From NCBI GenBank assembly GCA_964486505.1, contig CAZAMC010000002.1, positions 129,656 to 193,655 on the forward strand: DNA of 64,000 nt, read 5' to 3'. This document shows, one piece after another, positions 9,086-17,377 of the stretch. The position numbers were made by a program, and so were the translations under genes. This stretch comes from an uncultured Gammaproteobacteria bacterium (GTDB lineage Bacteria; Patescibacteriota; Patescibacteriia; PEXW01). Below the pieces are notes generated by a model. It worked only from the letters and a program-made list of their open reading frames with translations, ran no database searches and had not been told where the DNA came from. Every line of letters starts with the position of its first letter. Positions within the stretch are counted from its first letter, which is position 1.

Positions 9086-9706
9086 ATGCTTGTTACCCCG
9101 GCTATTCTCGAGACCGATGCAAACGCCCTGAAAGAAAAAGTGAGCCGCATTGAGGCGCACGTGGACCTCGTGCAGATTGACGTGGGCGATGGCCAATTCA
9201 TCCCGACCATCACCGTTCTCCCTCGAGCGCTCGGCGAGTTCCGCCCCCTCACCGCGTTTGAGGTGCACCTCATGGTACAACGCCCGGATCGGTTCATTGC
9301 CGACTGGGCCCACCTCGGCGCATCCAAGGCTATCTTCCACGTTGAAGCGGAAGGTGACCTGGAGCGCTTCATTGCCCAGTGCCGTGACCTCGATTGTGAT
9401 GTGGGCATCGCTCGAAATCCAGGTACCAGTGTGGAAAAGCTGCAGCCGTTCCTAGACTTGGTGGACGAGGTGATGTTCATGACTATTCAGCCCGGAGCGC
9501 AGGGGAACCCATTCCTGCCCGAGGTACTCGAGGATATTCAGGCTTTTCACAAAGCGTTCCCGAGTGTGTCCTTGGCCGTCGATGGCGGTGTGAACCCCCA
9601 AAATCTCAAAGCCCTGCAGGCCGCGGGTGTTCAGCGGGTGTGCGTTGGGAGCACCTTGTGGAAGAGCGCGGATCCACTCGCAACGCTCCAGAAACTGTCT
9701 GCCTAA
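9086..9706 (+). CDS. rpe: Ribulose-phosphate 3-epimerase family protein
   Basis: TIM-barrel Rpe-like: PAILETD...DVGDGQFIP...HLMV...DGGV. Confidence 0.7.
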   Translation: MLVTPAILETDANALKEKVSRIEAHVDLVQIDVGDGQFIPTITVLPRALGEFRPLTAFEVHLMVQRPDRFIADWAHLGASKAIFHVEAEGDLERFIAQCRDLDCDVGIARNPGTSVEKLQPFLDLVDEVMFMTIQPGAQGNPFLPEVLEDIQAFHKAFPSVSLAVDGGVNPQNLKALQAAGVQRVCVGSTLWKSADPLATLQKLSA

Positions 9707-9709
9707 ACT

Positions 9710-10681
9710 ATGCAAACTTTCGATGTCATTACAGTAGGGAGTGCCACGCAGGACGTGTACCTCTTTGCGCCGGGTTTGCGCGCGCAGCGGGATAGCCGTT
9801 CAACCACCGGGTCATCTATCCGGATTCCGGCCGGTGCGAAGATTGAGATTGAGCGCCTCCTCGTTGAAGTCGGCGGTGGCGCAACCAATGCCGCGGCGAC
9901 CTTTCAGCGTTTGGGCCTGCGCACCGCCTGCGCCTGTAAGGTGGGCACCGACGCGGCCGGCGATCATGTCATTCGTACGTTGAAAGAGTTTGGCGTGAGC
10001 ACGCGCTTCGTTGTGCGCGACTATGACGACCCCACCGCCACCTCCGTGCTCTTCCTACACGATCGGGGGGAGCGAACTGCACTCGTGAGCCGGGGCGCCA
10101 GCGCGGATCTCGCTACCCGCATGGTGCCATGGAGTCAGCTGCGCACCAAGTGGTTCTACGTGTCTTCCCTCGGCGGAAACGCGGGTTTTCTGCGGCGCAT
10201 TTTTGCCCATGCCCAGCGCGTGGGCGCTAAGGTCGCTCTCAATCCTGGGAAAGCAGAGCTTCGCCAAAAGCAACTAGCGCCCGTGCTCCGGAAGGCCGAC
10301 GTGCTCCTGCTCAACCGTGAAGAAGCAGAATCTTTCTTCCGACGAAAAGGCCCGCGTCTGCTGCCCGCCGTGGCGGCTTGGCGGAAGGGCCTCGTGGTCA
10401 TCACCGACGCAGACCGTGGTTCCTACGCCGTGAGCTCAGCTGGCGCCATGCGCATGCGGATAAAACCAGTCCGCGCTATAGACACGACCGGCGCTGGTGA
10501 CGCCTTTGGATCCGGCTTTATTTCGGCTTTCGTCCGCCGACCGAACGACATTGGCGCCGCCCTCCGCCTCGGCTCTATTAATAGCGCATCGGTCGTACAA
10601 CAGGTTGGCGCCAAGCACGGCCTCATTAACCGCCGCCTGCCCCGGGGGCCTTGGATGCGGTTGCAGCGCGTTCGTCTCTAA
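9710..10681 (+). CDS. PfkB-family carbohydrate kinase (ribokinase-like)
   Basis: GGGATNAA...DTTGAGDAFGSGFI ribokinase signature. Confidence 0.75.
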   Translation: MQTFDVITVGSATQDVYLFAPGLRAQRDSRSTTGSSIRIPAGAKIEIERLLVEVGGGATNAAATFQRLGLRTACACKVGTDAAGDHVIRTLKEFGVSTRFVVRDYDDPTATSVLFLHDRGERTALVSRGASADLATRMVPWSQLRTKWFYVSSLGGNAGFLRRIFAHAQRVGAKVALNPGKAELRQKQLAPVLRKADVLLLNREEAESFFRRKGPRLLPAVAAWRKGLVVITDADRGSYAVSSAGAMRMRIKPVRAIDTTGAGDAFGSGFISAFVRRPNDIGAALRLGSINSASVVQQVGAKHGLINRRLPRGPWMRLQRVRL

Positions 10682-10702
10682 GGGATTGCATAGTTCTACA
10701 GG

Positions 10703-10734
10703 GTGTAGTAGTATGACTCTACACTTCTCTTTTT
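10703..10734 (+). terminator. Rho-independent terminator after the pfkB-like gene
   Basis: gtgtag-[10 nt]-ctacac followed by ttctcttttt. Confidence 0.45.
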
Positions 10735-10748
10735 AGCCCACGTTTCCT

Positions 10749-11519
10749 ATGGACAATCAGACTTGGCAAAGCGCTCCAAGCGGTGATCCAAACTCCAGCA
10801 TCTTCAACGCACCGCCCAAGATGACCTTCGCCTTAGGGGTAATGGTTGGCATTAGCGCGATTAGTCTTTTTGGTTTCATTTGGTCATTCAGCGCTTACCG
10901 CAACGCCGTTGATGGGGGGACCACCAAAAAAACGGCCACCACGAATACCAATACCACAGCCACGAACACGGCTGTGGACACTGCACCTACCGGACCAATC
11001 GACGTGGCCGTTGCCAACGATGACTGGTCTGACGGTAAGTCCGATGCCAAAGTGACGTTGGTGGAGTTCAGCGATTTTGAGTGTCCCTACTGCAGCCGCT
11101 TCCAGCCCGTCATTGAACAAGTCATGACGGACTACAAAGATCAGGTACGGCTCGTCTACAAGCACTACCCACTCACGAGCATTCACCCGAATGCCCAGAA
11201 GGCCGCGGAAGCCGCCGAGTGTGCCGGCGACCAGGACAAGTTTTGGGAAATGCATGACAAGTTGTTTGCTAATCAGTCCAGCCTGTCGGTTACGAGCTAC
11301 AAAGCCTGGGCCAAGGAGCTGGGCTTGAATGAGAAGAAGTTTGCGACCTGCATAGATAACAGCGAAAAGGCGAATGACGTGAAGTCTGATCAAACGTACG
11401 GTGACAGCATTGGGGTGCAGGGCACGCCGTCGACGTTCGTGAACGGTTACCTCGTCTCAGGTGCCCAGAGCTACGACTACGTGAAGAACCTCATCGACCA
11501 GGAGCTCGCCAAGACCTAA
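10749..11519 (+). CDS. DsbA-like thioredoxin-fold protein, membrane-anchored (paralog 2), N/T-rich linker
   Basis: TM helix, TKKTATTNTNTTATNT low-complexity linker, FECPYCSRF active site. Confidence 0.75.
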   Translation: MDNQTWQSAPSGDPNSSIFNAPPKMTFALGVMVGISAISLFGFIWSFSAYRNAVDGGTTKKTATTNTNTTATNTAVDTAPTGPIDVAVANDDWSDGKSDAKVTLVEFSDFECPYCSRFQPVIEQVMTDYKDQVRLVYKHYPLTSIHPNAQKAAEAAECAGDQDKFWEMHDKLFANQSSLSVTSYKAWAKELGLNEKKFATCIDNSEKANDVKSDQTYGDSIGVQGTPSTFVNGYLVSGAQSYDYVKNLIDQELAKT

Positions 11520-11529
11520 CGTACTTTCC

Positions 11530-12321
11530 ATGTTTGGGTGGCTCACGCACACCCCGCCGGATCCCATCCTCCTTCACGTTGGGGGGTTTTCGGTGCGGTG
11601 GTACGGGGTGATTCTGGCTCTGGCGCTTGTGGCTGGCATTCTCTTAGCCCAGCGTTTAAGCCGGCGCGGACCAGTACGTCCGGAAGACATTGCCGATCTG
11701 GCAATTGTTGTTACCCTGGCGGCAGTTGTGGGGGCCCGCGTAGTGCACGTCTTGGATGAGTGGGGGTACTACGCGCGCCACCTCGGGGAAATCCCGCAAT
11801 TCTGGCGGGGTGGCCTGGCATTCCATGGCGTGCTCCTGGGTGGCATCCTGGCTCTCTGGTTGTTCAGTCGTCGCCGCAAGCTCGCTCCCATCCTCCTCCT
11901 CGACCTCAGCTTCCCGGCCCTCGCGCTGGGGCAGGTGATTGGCCGCTGGGGGAACTGGATAAACCAAGAGCTGTACGGGGAGCCGTCGACGCTCCCGTGG
12001 GCAATCCCGATTGCCCCAGAGAACCGAGTTGCTGAGTACGCGTCGGCGACCAACTTCCACCCGCTCTTCCTCTATGAGTCGCTCGGGAATGCACTCATAC
12101 TGGTACTCCTCCTGCTCCTCTGGCGGTGGCGCGGGCGGCGCCCCGGCGACATCAGCGCGGCCTACCTCATCTTCTCGCCCCTATTACGGTTTAGTCTCGA
12201 TTTCCTTCGGCTCAATCAACCCATGGTTGGGCCAATCACGAACGCGCAACTCTTTAGCTTGCCGCTTGTGGCCGCGGGCCTCATACTCCTAGTAACCCGC
12301 GGGCGACGCTCTCCTCACTAA
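11530..12321 (+). CDS. lgt: Prolipoprotein diacylglyceryl transferase
   Basis: GRWGNWINQELYG signature (Lgt G-x-GN-x-N-x-E motif), 7 TM. Confidence 0.8.
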   Translation: MFGWLTHTPPDPILLHVGGFSVRWYGVILALALVAGILLAQRLSRRGPVRPEDIADLAIVVTLAAVVGARVVHVLDEWGYYARHLGEIPQFWRGGLAFHGVLLGGILALWLFSRRRKLAPILLLDLSFPALALGQVIGRWGNWINQELYGEPSTLPWAIPIAPENRVAEYASATNFHPLFLYESLGNALILVLLLLLWRWRGRRPGDISAAYLIFSPLLRFSLDFLRLNQPMVGPITNAQLFSLPLVAAGLILLVTRGRRSPH

Positions 12322-12331
12322 CGTCACTTCT

Positions 12332-12958
12332 ATGGCGCAGACACGATTTCGTTGGGGCCTCTGGGGCAGCATCCTCGGCATCATTGTCATTGCCGCCGTT
12401 GCTTTTGCATTTACCCGGGGCTCAGGCGTGACCTACGACAACCCGAATAGCCCGCGACCCTTTGCTGGCACGGCTGCTGCTAAGGTCGTTGTTCAGGAGT
12501 ACAGCGATTTCCAGTGCCCAGCCTGCGGTTCTGCATACCCGTACGTGAAGAGCTTGGTGCAGAAGTACGCGAATGACATTCGCTTTGAGTTCAAGCACTA
12601 CCCGCTGACCAAGATACACGCGAACGCCTACAATGCCGCGCTCGCCAGTGAGTGCGCAAACGACCAAAGCAAATTTTGGGAATACCACGACAAGCTCTTC
12701 GAGAATCAGTCGCAGCTGAGTATCGGGAGCCTCAAGCAGTACGCAGCCGATCTTAGCCTCGATGCCACAAAGTTCAATGCGTGCATGGACTCCCGAGCGG
12801 AGAAACCGCTTGTGGATGCCGACATGAAAGCCGGCGACGGTTTGAAGGTGCCCGGCACGCCCACGTTCTTCGTCAATGACACCATGGTTGCCACGGGTGA
12901 TTTGGAGACAGCCATAAAAGCCGCGATTGGTGGGGCGGTCCAGGGCCCCGTGCGCTAG
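12332..12958 (+). CDS. DsbA-like thioredoxin-fold protein, membrane-anchored (paralog 3)
   Basis: TM helix; FQCPACGSAYPYV. Confidence 0.75.
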   Translation: MAQTRFRWGLWGSILGIIVIAAVAFAFTRGSGVTYDNPNSPRPFAGTAAAKVVVQEYSDFQCPACGSAYPYVKSLVQKYANDIRFEFKHYPLTKIHANAYNAALASECANDQSKFWEYHDKLFENQSQLSIGSLKQYAADLSLDATKFNACMDSRAEKPLVDADMKAGDGLKVPGTPTFFVNDTMVATGDLETAIKAAIGGAVQGPVR

Positions 12959-13509
12959 CGCGTTGAGACGAAGAGCAGAACCCCAGCGAGTACGGCCTGC
13001 AGGGCTAAGCCGACTTTGAAGGTGAGGCGTTTTTCTACGTACGCGTGGAACCAGTGGTGCAGCCGCTCGTGGTGGTTGAAGAGTGATTCGAGGCGCGTAA
13101 CGTCCTGGATAATTTTTCGGGCCTGTGGGAAGTGCCGCATGAGGAAATTGCGGTACGCATCGTAGAATGCCCACATGAGGTCGGGGAGGACGGCGCCAAT
13201 GATGGCCGCGAGAGCAACGTTTGGCAGTGGCCAGTCGCCGGTTACGTGCACGGTGTACACGAAGAGTGCGAGGAAGCTAATGTCGGTGAAGAAGGTGAGC
13301 GCGAAGCGCCGGAGGAATTTTTCTTTCACCCAGGCCCCAAGACGCTCGTCGCCGTGGGGGATCATATCCAGGATGTAGTGGGAGAGCAATCCAAGCCCAA
13401 AAGCCACTGGCACGCTATGGACGTGCTGGCTGATGATAATGCCCGCCAGGGCGTGGGTCGAGAGGAACATGCTGGTGTATAGCGTACTAGACACTTCAGG
13501 GGTAGTCAA
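12955..13509 (-). CDS. Membrane-bound metal-dependent hydrolase (YdjM/DUF457-like)
   Basis: Polytopic membrane protein; HYILDMIPHGDE motif. Confidence 0.5.
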   Translation of the reverse strand: MTTPEVSSTLYTSMFLSTHALAGIIISQHVHSVPVAFGLGLLSHYILDMIPHGDERLGAWVKEKFLRRFALTFFTDISFLALFVYTVHVTGDWPLPNVALAAIIGAVLPDLMWAFYDAYRNFLMRHFPQARKIIQDVTRLESLFNHHERLHHWFHAYVEKRLTFKVGLALQAVLAGVLLFVSTR

Positions 13510-13589
13510 AATAGGTTGACAGTGCCGCGAACATTGCGTATGCTAGGCACGCTCCAAAGGGAAAGGGCAATTTGTAATCTGGAGCACTA

Positions 13590-13661
13590 TGCGGGATGGA
13601 GCAGTAGCAGCTCGCCGGGCTCATAATCCGGAGGTCGGGGGTGCAAATCCCCCTCCCGCAC
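13590..13661 (+). tRNA. tRNA-Met (anticodon CAU), CCA encoded; initiator-like anticodon stem but U1-A72
   Basis: Acceptor tgcggga/tcccgca, D-arm gagc-agtagca-gctc, anticodon loop cuCAUaa at 13622..13624, T-arm ggggg-tgcaaat-ccccc, then c-CCA. Confidence 0.85.
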
Positions 13662-13774
13662 CCAACGCGAGTTTTCGGCAACACCGCGAACTTACGATTC
13701 CAAAAGAAGCCGTAGAGCCAGTGCCAGCAAGCGAGATGGTATTCTGGCTGTACGGCTTCTGTCGTTAACAACGT

Positions 13775-13848
13775 GCCAGGGTAGCTCAGTTGGTTAGAGC
13801 GTGGGACTCATAAGCCCAAGGTCGTGGGTTCAAATCCCACCCCTGGTA
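13775..13848 (+). tRNA. tRNA with CAU anticodon (elongator Met or lysidine-modified Ile2), CCA encoded
   Basis: gccaggg acceptor, D-arm TAGCTCAGTTGGTTAGAGC, anticodon CAT at 13809..13811, T-arm gtggg-ttcaaat-cccac, a-CCA. Confidence 0.85.
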
Positions 13849-13852
13849 CCAG

Positions 13853-13936
13853 GCCGGGATGGCGGAACTGGTAGACGCACAGGACTCAAAATCCTGCGAT
13901 CGCAAGGTCATGAGAGTTCGATTCTCTCTCCCGGCA
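13853..13936 (+). tRNA. tRNA-Leu (CAA), type II long variable arm, CCA encoded
   Basis: gccggga...tcccggc acceptor, anticodon loop cuCAAaa, long variable arm gcgatcgcaaggtcatgag, a-CCA. Confidence 0.85.
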
Positions 13937-14041
13937 CCAGCTCGTTTCTCATGTCGAGCTTCGCGCGACGCGGCTTTATCGCATCTCACTTCATCCTTCG
14001 GGCGAAGCCCCGCTTGACGCCACGCTGCCCGTGGGGTAGGA

Positions 14042-14320
14042 ATGGAGTACAAACAAAGGAGTGCACCCATGGGCCCGAAAACCGCAGACGAGCTCATTGC
14101 CATGGCCGAGGATTCATCGGTAGTCGATGACGAATTCATCGCAGCTTTCCTGCACTACGCTCCCAGCGCCGACCACGGCTACGAGCGGTTGCTCTACACC
14201 ATGGCCCTCCACCGACCCCGGGCGATCATGGACATGGGCCTCGACCCCGCGTACGTGCAGCGTACCGCCGATCTCCTCCACGCCCTGCGCGATTTGCAGA
14301 CCTTCCGAAGCGCCTCGTGA
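14042..14320 (+). CDS. Hypothetical protein (92 aa)
   Basis: ORF upstream of parA; no recognisable domain. Confidence 0.3.
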   Translation: MEYKQRSAPMGPKTADELIAMAEDSSVVDDEFIAAFLHYAPSADHGYERLLYTMALHRPRAIMDMGLDPAYVQRTADLLHALRDLQTFRSAS

Positions 14321-14362
14321 CCAAAAACCACGAGGCGTTTTCTTGCTATACTGCTTGTACCT

Positions 14363-15136
14363 ATGGCGCGTGTTATTGCAGTCGTCAATCAGAAGGGGGG
14401 CGTGGGGAAGACCACGACCGCCATTAACCTCGCGGCCGAGCTGGCGGCGCTAGGGAAGTTTGTCCTCCTCGTAGATGTCGATCCGCAAGGCAACGCATCC
14501 TCCGGTATTGGATTGGACCACCGAAACCTCCCGCACGGGGTGTACCACGCGATTATTGGTGAGAAGTCCTTCCGTGACATCATCCAGTCTACAGCCGTGG
14601 ACGGCTTAAAGGCCGCGCCCGCCACTCTGGATCTCGCCGGCGCGAACGTTGAGCTCGTACCGGTGGACCGACGCGAGCACAGGCTGCGGGACGCGTTGGC
14701 CGAAGTGCGCCATGATTTCGACTACATTCTCATCGACTGCCCACCGAGCCTCGGTTTGCTCACGGTGAACGGCCTGGTGGCGGCGGAGGAAATCCTCATC
14801 CCCGTCCAGACCGAGTACTACGCCTTGGAAGGTCTGGGCCAGCTCGTGGAGACGATCGAGCTCATTCGCCAGCATCTGCAACCGGGCCTCACCGTGCTGG
14901 GCGCAGTGATGACCATGTACGATGAGCGCAACAAGCTTTCCCAGGCGGTGTTCAACGAGCTGTACCAGTACTTCCCCAACAAAATTTTTCGTACCGTTAT
15001 CCCGCGCAATGTGAAACTCGCCGAGGCCCCAAGCCACGGCAAAGCTATCCGGCACTTCGACAAGGGCAGCAAAGGGGCGAAGGCCTACGAGAAGCTGGCC
15101 CGGGAAATTTTAGAAACCGAAGCTCCACCGCGGTAA
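14363..15136 (+). CDS. parA: Chromosome partitioning ATPase ParA/Soj
   Basis: Deviant Walker A KGGVGKTTTAINLAAELA. Confidence 0.9.
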   Translation: MARVIAVVNQKGGVGKTTTAINLAAELAALGKFVLLVDVDPQGNASSGIGLDHRNLPHGVYHAIIGEKSFRDIIQSTAVDGLKAAPATLDLAGANVELVPVDRREHRLRDALAEVRHDFDYILIDCPPSLGLLTVNGLVAAEEILIPVQTEYYALEGLGQLVETIELIRQHLQPGLTVLGAVMTMYDERNKLSQAVFNELYQYFPNKIFRTVIPRNVKLAEAPSHGKAIRHFDKGSKGAKAYEKLAREILETEAPPR

Positions 15137-15145
15137 ACTACCCCT

Positions 15146-16006
15146 ATGGCAAATTCCACACTCGGACGCGGGCTTTCCTCACTCATCCCGGGCGCTTCCA
15201 ACGCCAGCTACTGGAGTGGTGACGCCGCAAAGAAATCCGGCGAGCGCATTGAACGCATTCCCACGAATCGCATTGTCGTTAACCCTCACCAGCCGCGCGA
15301 GCGATTTGAGCGACAAGGCATGGAAGAGCTCGTCGCTTCGGTTAAAGAGCATGGGATTCTCCAGCCCCTCATCCTCACCGAAACACCGCGCGGGTACGAA
15401 CTCATTGCCGGTGAGCGACGCTTACGTGCGGCCAAGTTAGCGAATCTGCGCGAGGTGCCCGCAATTATTCGCAGTGCCACGAATCAGCAGAAACTTGAGC
15501 TCGCCCTTGTTGAGAATGTCCAGCGCCAAGACCTGAATGCTCTGGAGCGGGCAAAGGCCTACCAGCGACTGGTGGATGAATTTTCCCTCACGCAGGATGA
15601 GGTGGCGAAGAAAGTTGGCCAGAGCCGTTCGGCCGTGGCGAACATCCTGCGCCTTCTGCACCTCCCCAGCGAAATGCAAGCAGCGATCGCTGAGGGCCAG
15701 TTGAGCGAGGGGCACGCCAAAGTCCTACTTGGCATTGCCGACCTCAAAGCGCGTCAGCAGCTCTTCAAGAAAATTTTGGAAGAAGGTCTTAGCGTGCGAT
15801 CGGTGGAGAGTGAGAAGAAGACCTCGGTGCGGGGGCACACGCGTAAGCAAGCCGACGTAGAAACCCGGGCGCGGGAAGCTCGGCTACGAGAAGCGCTGGG
15901 CACCAAGGTGACCATCAAGCCCGCCGGTAAAGGTGGAAATATCACCATCCACTACAGCGACGCTGAGGAGCTGGAGGGGATAGTGCGGACGGTGGAAGGA
16001 AAGTAG
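15146..16006 (+). CDS. parB: Chromosome partitioning protein ParB/Spo0J
   Basis: GERRLRAA box, HTH, C-terminal dimerisation region. Confidence 0.9.
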   Translation: MANSTLGRGLSSLIPGASNASYWSGDAAKKSGERIERIPTNRIVVNPHQPRERFERQGMEELVASVKEHGILQPLILTETPRGYELIAGERRLRAAKLANLREVPAIIRSATNQQKLELALVENVQRQDLNALERAKAYQRLVDEFSLTQDEVAKKVGQSRSAVANILRLLHLPSEMQAAIAEGQLSEGHAKVLLGIADLKARQQLFKKILEEGLSVRSVESEKKTSVRGHTRKQADVETRAREARLREALGTKVTIKPAGKGGNITIHYSDAEELEGIVRTVEGK

Positions 16007-16151
16007 GCCAAAGGATTTTTTCACCCCGTACTCTTGACAAACGGTGCTTTTTTGCTAGGGTACGTGGCTGGTGTTTGTGGGATATTCCATACACAAGCTA
16101 GCCCAAGACTGAAAACAGCGTACATAATAACCATGCGAATAGGAGACAGAC

Positions 16152-16673
16152 GTGATGGCTACTCAAGTCCGCGGTACGTACCCAGCAGTGATTGAGCCAC
16201 AACCAAAGACCCTGGTGGTACACTGCGCCGATGCCCGATTACGTCGGGCTTTTCGCCTCTTCATTGAAGGGGAGGTGGCTTCTGGAGGCTTGGGGTTGCG
16301 GGAGTCTGACTACGTGAACCTCATTATTCCCGGTGGAGCGGCAACCCTCATGGATACGCACGCCTCACCTGAGGCATACGCATTCTCCATGCAGCAGATT
16401 GAGTTTCTGCTTGAGCACTTCCCCAGCATTACTACAGTCATCGTGGTTAACCACGAAGATTGTGCGGCGTACAAGCACATCTGCCAGGTGGTTGGTCCAG
16501 CTTTCCTCGACGGGTTCAGTACGCTCATCGAGCGTCAAAGGTCGGATCTCATTTCAGTAGCCTTGCAGGTATTACAGCTTGGGCATGCCAAGGCATTCCA
16601 ACTCTTCCTTGCTCGGTTCACCAGTGCAGAGCGCACGCACGTGGAGTTCACCGAAGTTTCATTGCAACCGTAG
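16152..16673 (+). CDS. Divergent beta-class carbonic anhydrase-like protein
   Basis: VVHCADARLRR aligns with beta-CA C[SA]DSR; VIVVNHEDCAAYK aligns with HxxCG. The Cys/His/Cys zinc ligands are conserved but both signature motifs are substituted. Confidence 0.45.
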   Translation: MMATQVRGTYPAVIEPQPKTLVVHCADARLRRAFRLFIEGEVASGGLGLRESDYVNLIIPGGAATLMDTHASPEAYAFSMQQIEFLLEHFPSITTVIVVNHEDCAAYKHICQVVGPAFLDGFSTLIERQRSDLISVALQVLQLGHAKAFQLFLARFTSAERTHVEFTEVSLQP

Positions 16674-16691
16674 CGGAGGCTACGTTTTGTG

Positions 16692-16736
16692 AAGAGTCGC
16701 CTGGGCTGCACCCGCCCCCGCGACTCTTTTATTTTT
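16692..16736 (+). terminator. Rho-independent terminator
   Basis: aagagtcgc-[19 nt loop]-gcgactctt followed by ttttattttt. Confidence 0.6.
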
Positions 16737-16820
16737 CATTACGGGGTTGTCAGAACCGTTGAAGGACGGTAGGCTATTCTCTACGAAAACAAACCCCCGT
16801 CTCAGTGAAAGGAAAGTTTC

Positions 16821-17333
16821 ATGTACGTTGGCAATATTGCGGTACTTGCTTTTCTCACTAGCTTGTCTGGTGACACCGCGAAAGTCGATTCGTCGTCACA
16901 GGGCGCTCCGATCAATCCAGCAGATACACTCGCTGCTACGTTTATTGACGAGCTGCATCCCGAAGTATTGGAGAGCAGCATTACCTCGATTCCCGTGGAG
17001 GTCATTAGAAGGATTTTTGAAAGTGCAGAATACCTCCTGACGCCCACTGCGCGTTCAGCAAAGGAGGGCAGCGGGGTTGTCGAGCGAGCCTTTGATGACC
17101 TTGGCATGCTCCCTGGGGAGATTCGCCGACTATTCCAAGGCGGCGGGTACTTCCTGGATACGAAAACCAAACAGCTTGTGCTGTGTGGAGCAGGGAATGA
17201 TCTCCCTGAGCTGATTGCAGCGGTTTGTACGAACTTTGAAATTCCCGGGTACATTGTCATTACCTACGTACTTACCACCACGGACGGCAGCGCTACTGGG
17301 ATAAGCAGAATTACCACAGTTGATGACGATTGA
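16821..17333 (+). CDS. Hypothetical protein, N-terminal hydrophobic/signal-like segment
   Basis: Good SD (aaaggaaag) 6 nt upstream of ATG; no recognisable family. Confidence 0.4.
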   Translation: MYVGNIAVLAFLTSLSGDTAKVDSSSQGAPINPADTLAATFIDELHPEVLESSITSIPVEVIRRIFESAEYLLTPTARSAKEGSGVVERAFDDLGMLPGEIRRLFQGGGYFLDTKTKQLVLCGAGNDLPELIAAVCTNFEIPGYIVITYVLTTTDGSATGISRITTVDDD

Positions 17334-17347
17334 TTGCACGTTCTCTG

Positions 17348-17377
17348 AAAAGACCTCCGAATCTTGGAGGTCTTTTT
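17348..17377. terminator. Bidirectional terminator between the hypothetical gene (+) and topA (-)
   Basis: aaaagacctcc-gaatctt-ggaggtctttt, a perfect 11-bp stem flanked by A/T runs. Confidence 0.65.

Noticed and set aside
13786-14139. Two ORFs (117 and 109 aa) on opposite strands
   Set aside because: They run through the tRNA genes at 13775..13936, including GTG-start artifacts reading the tRNA anticodon arm.
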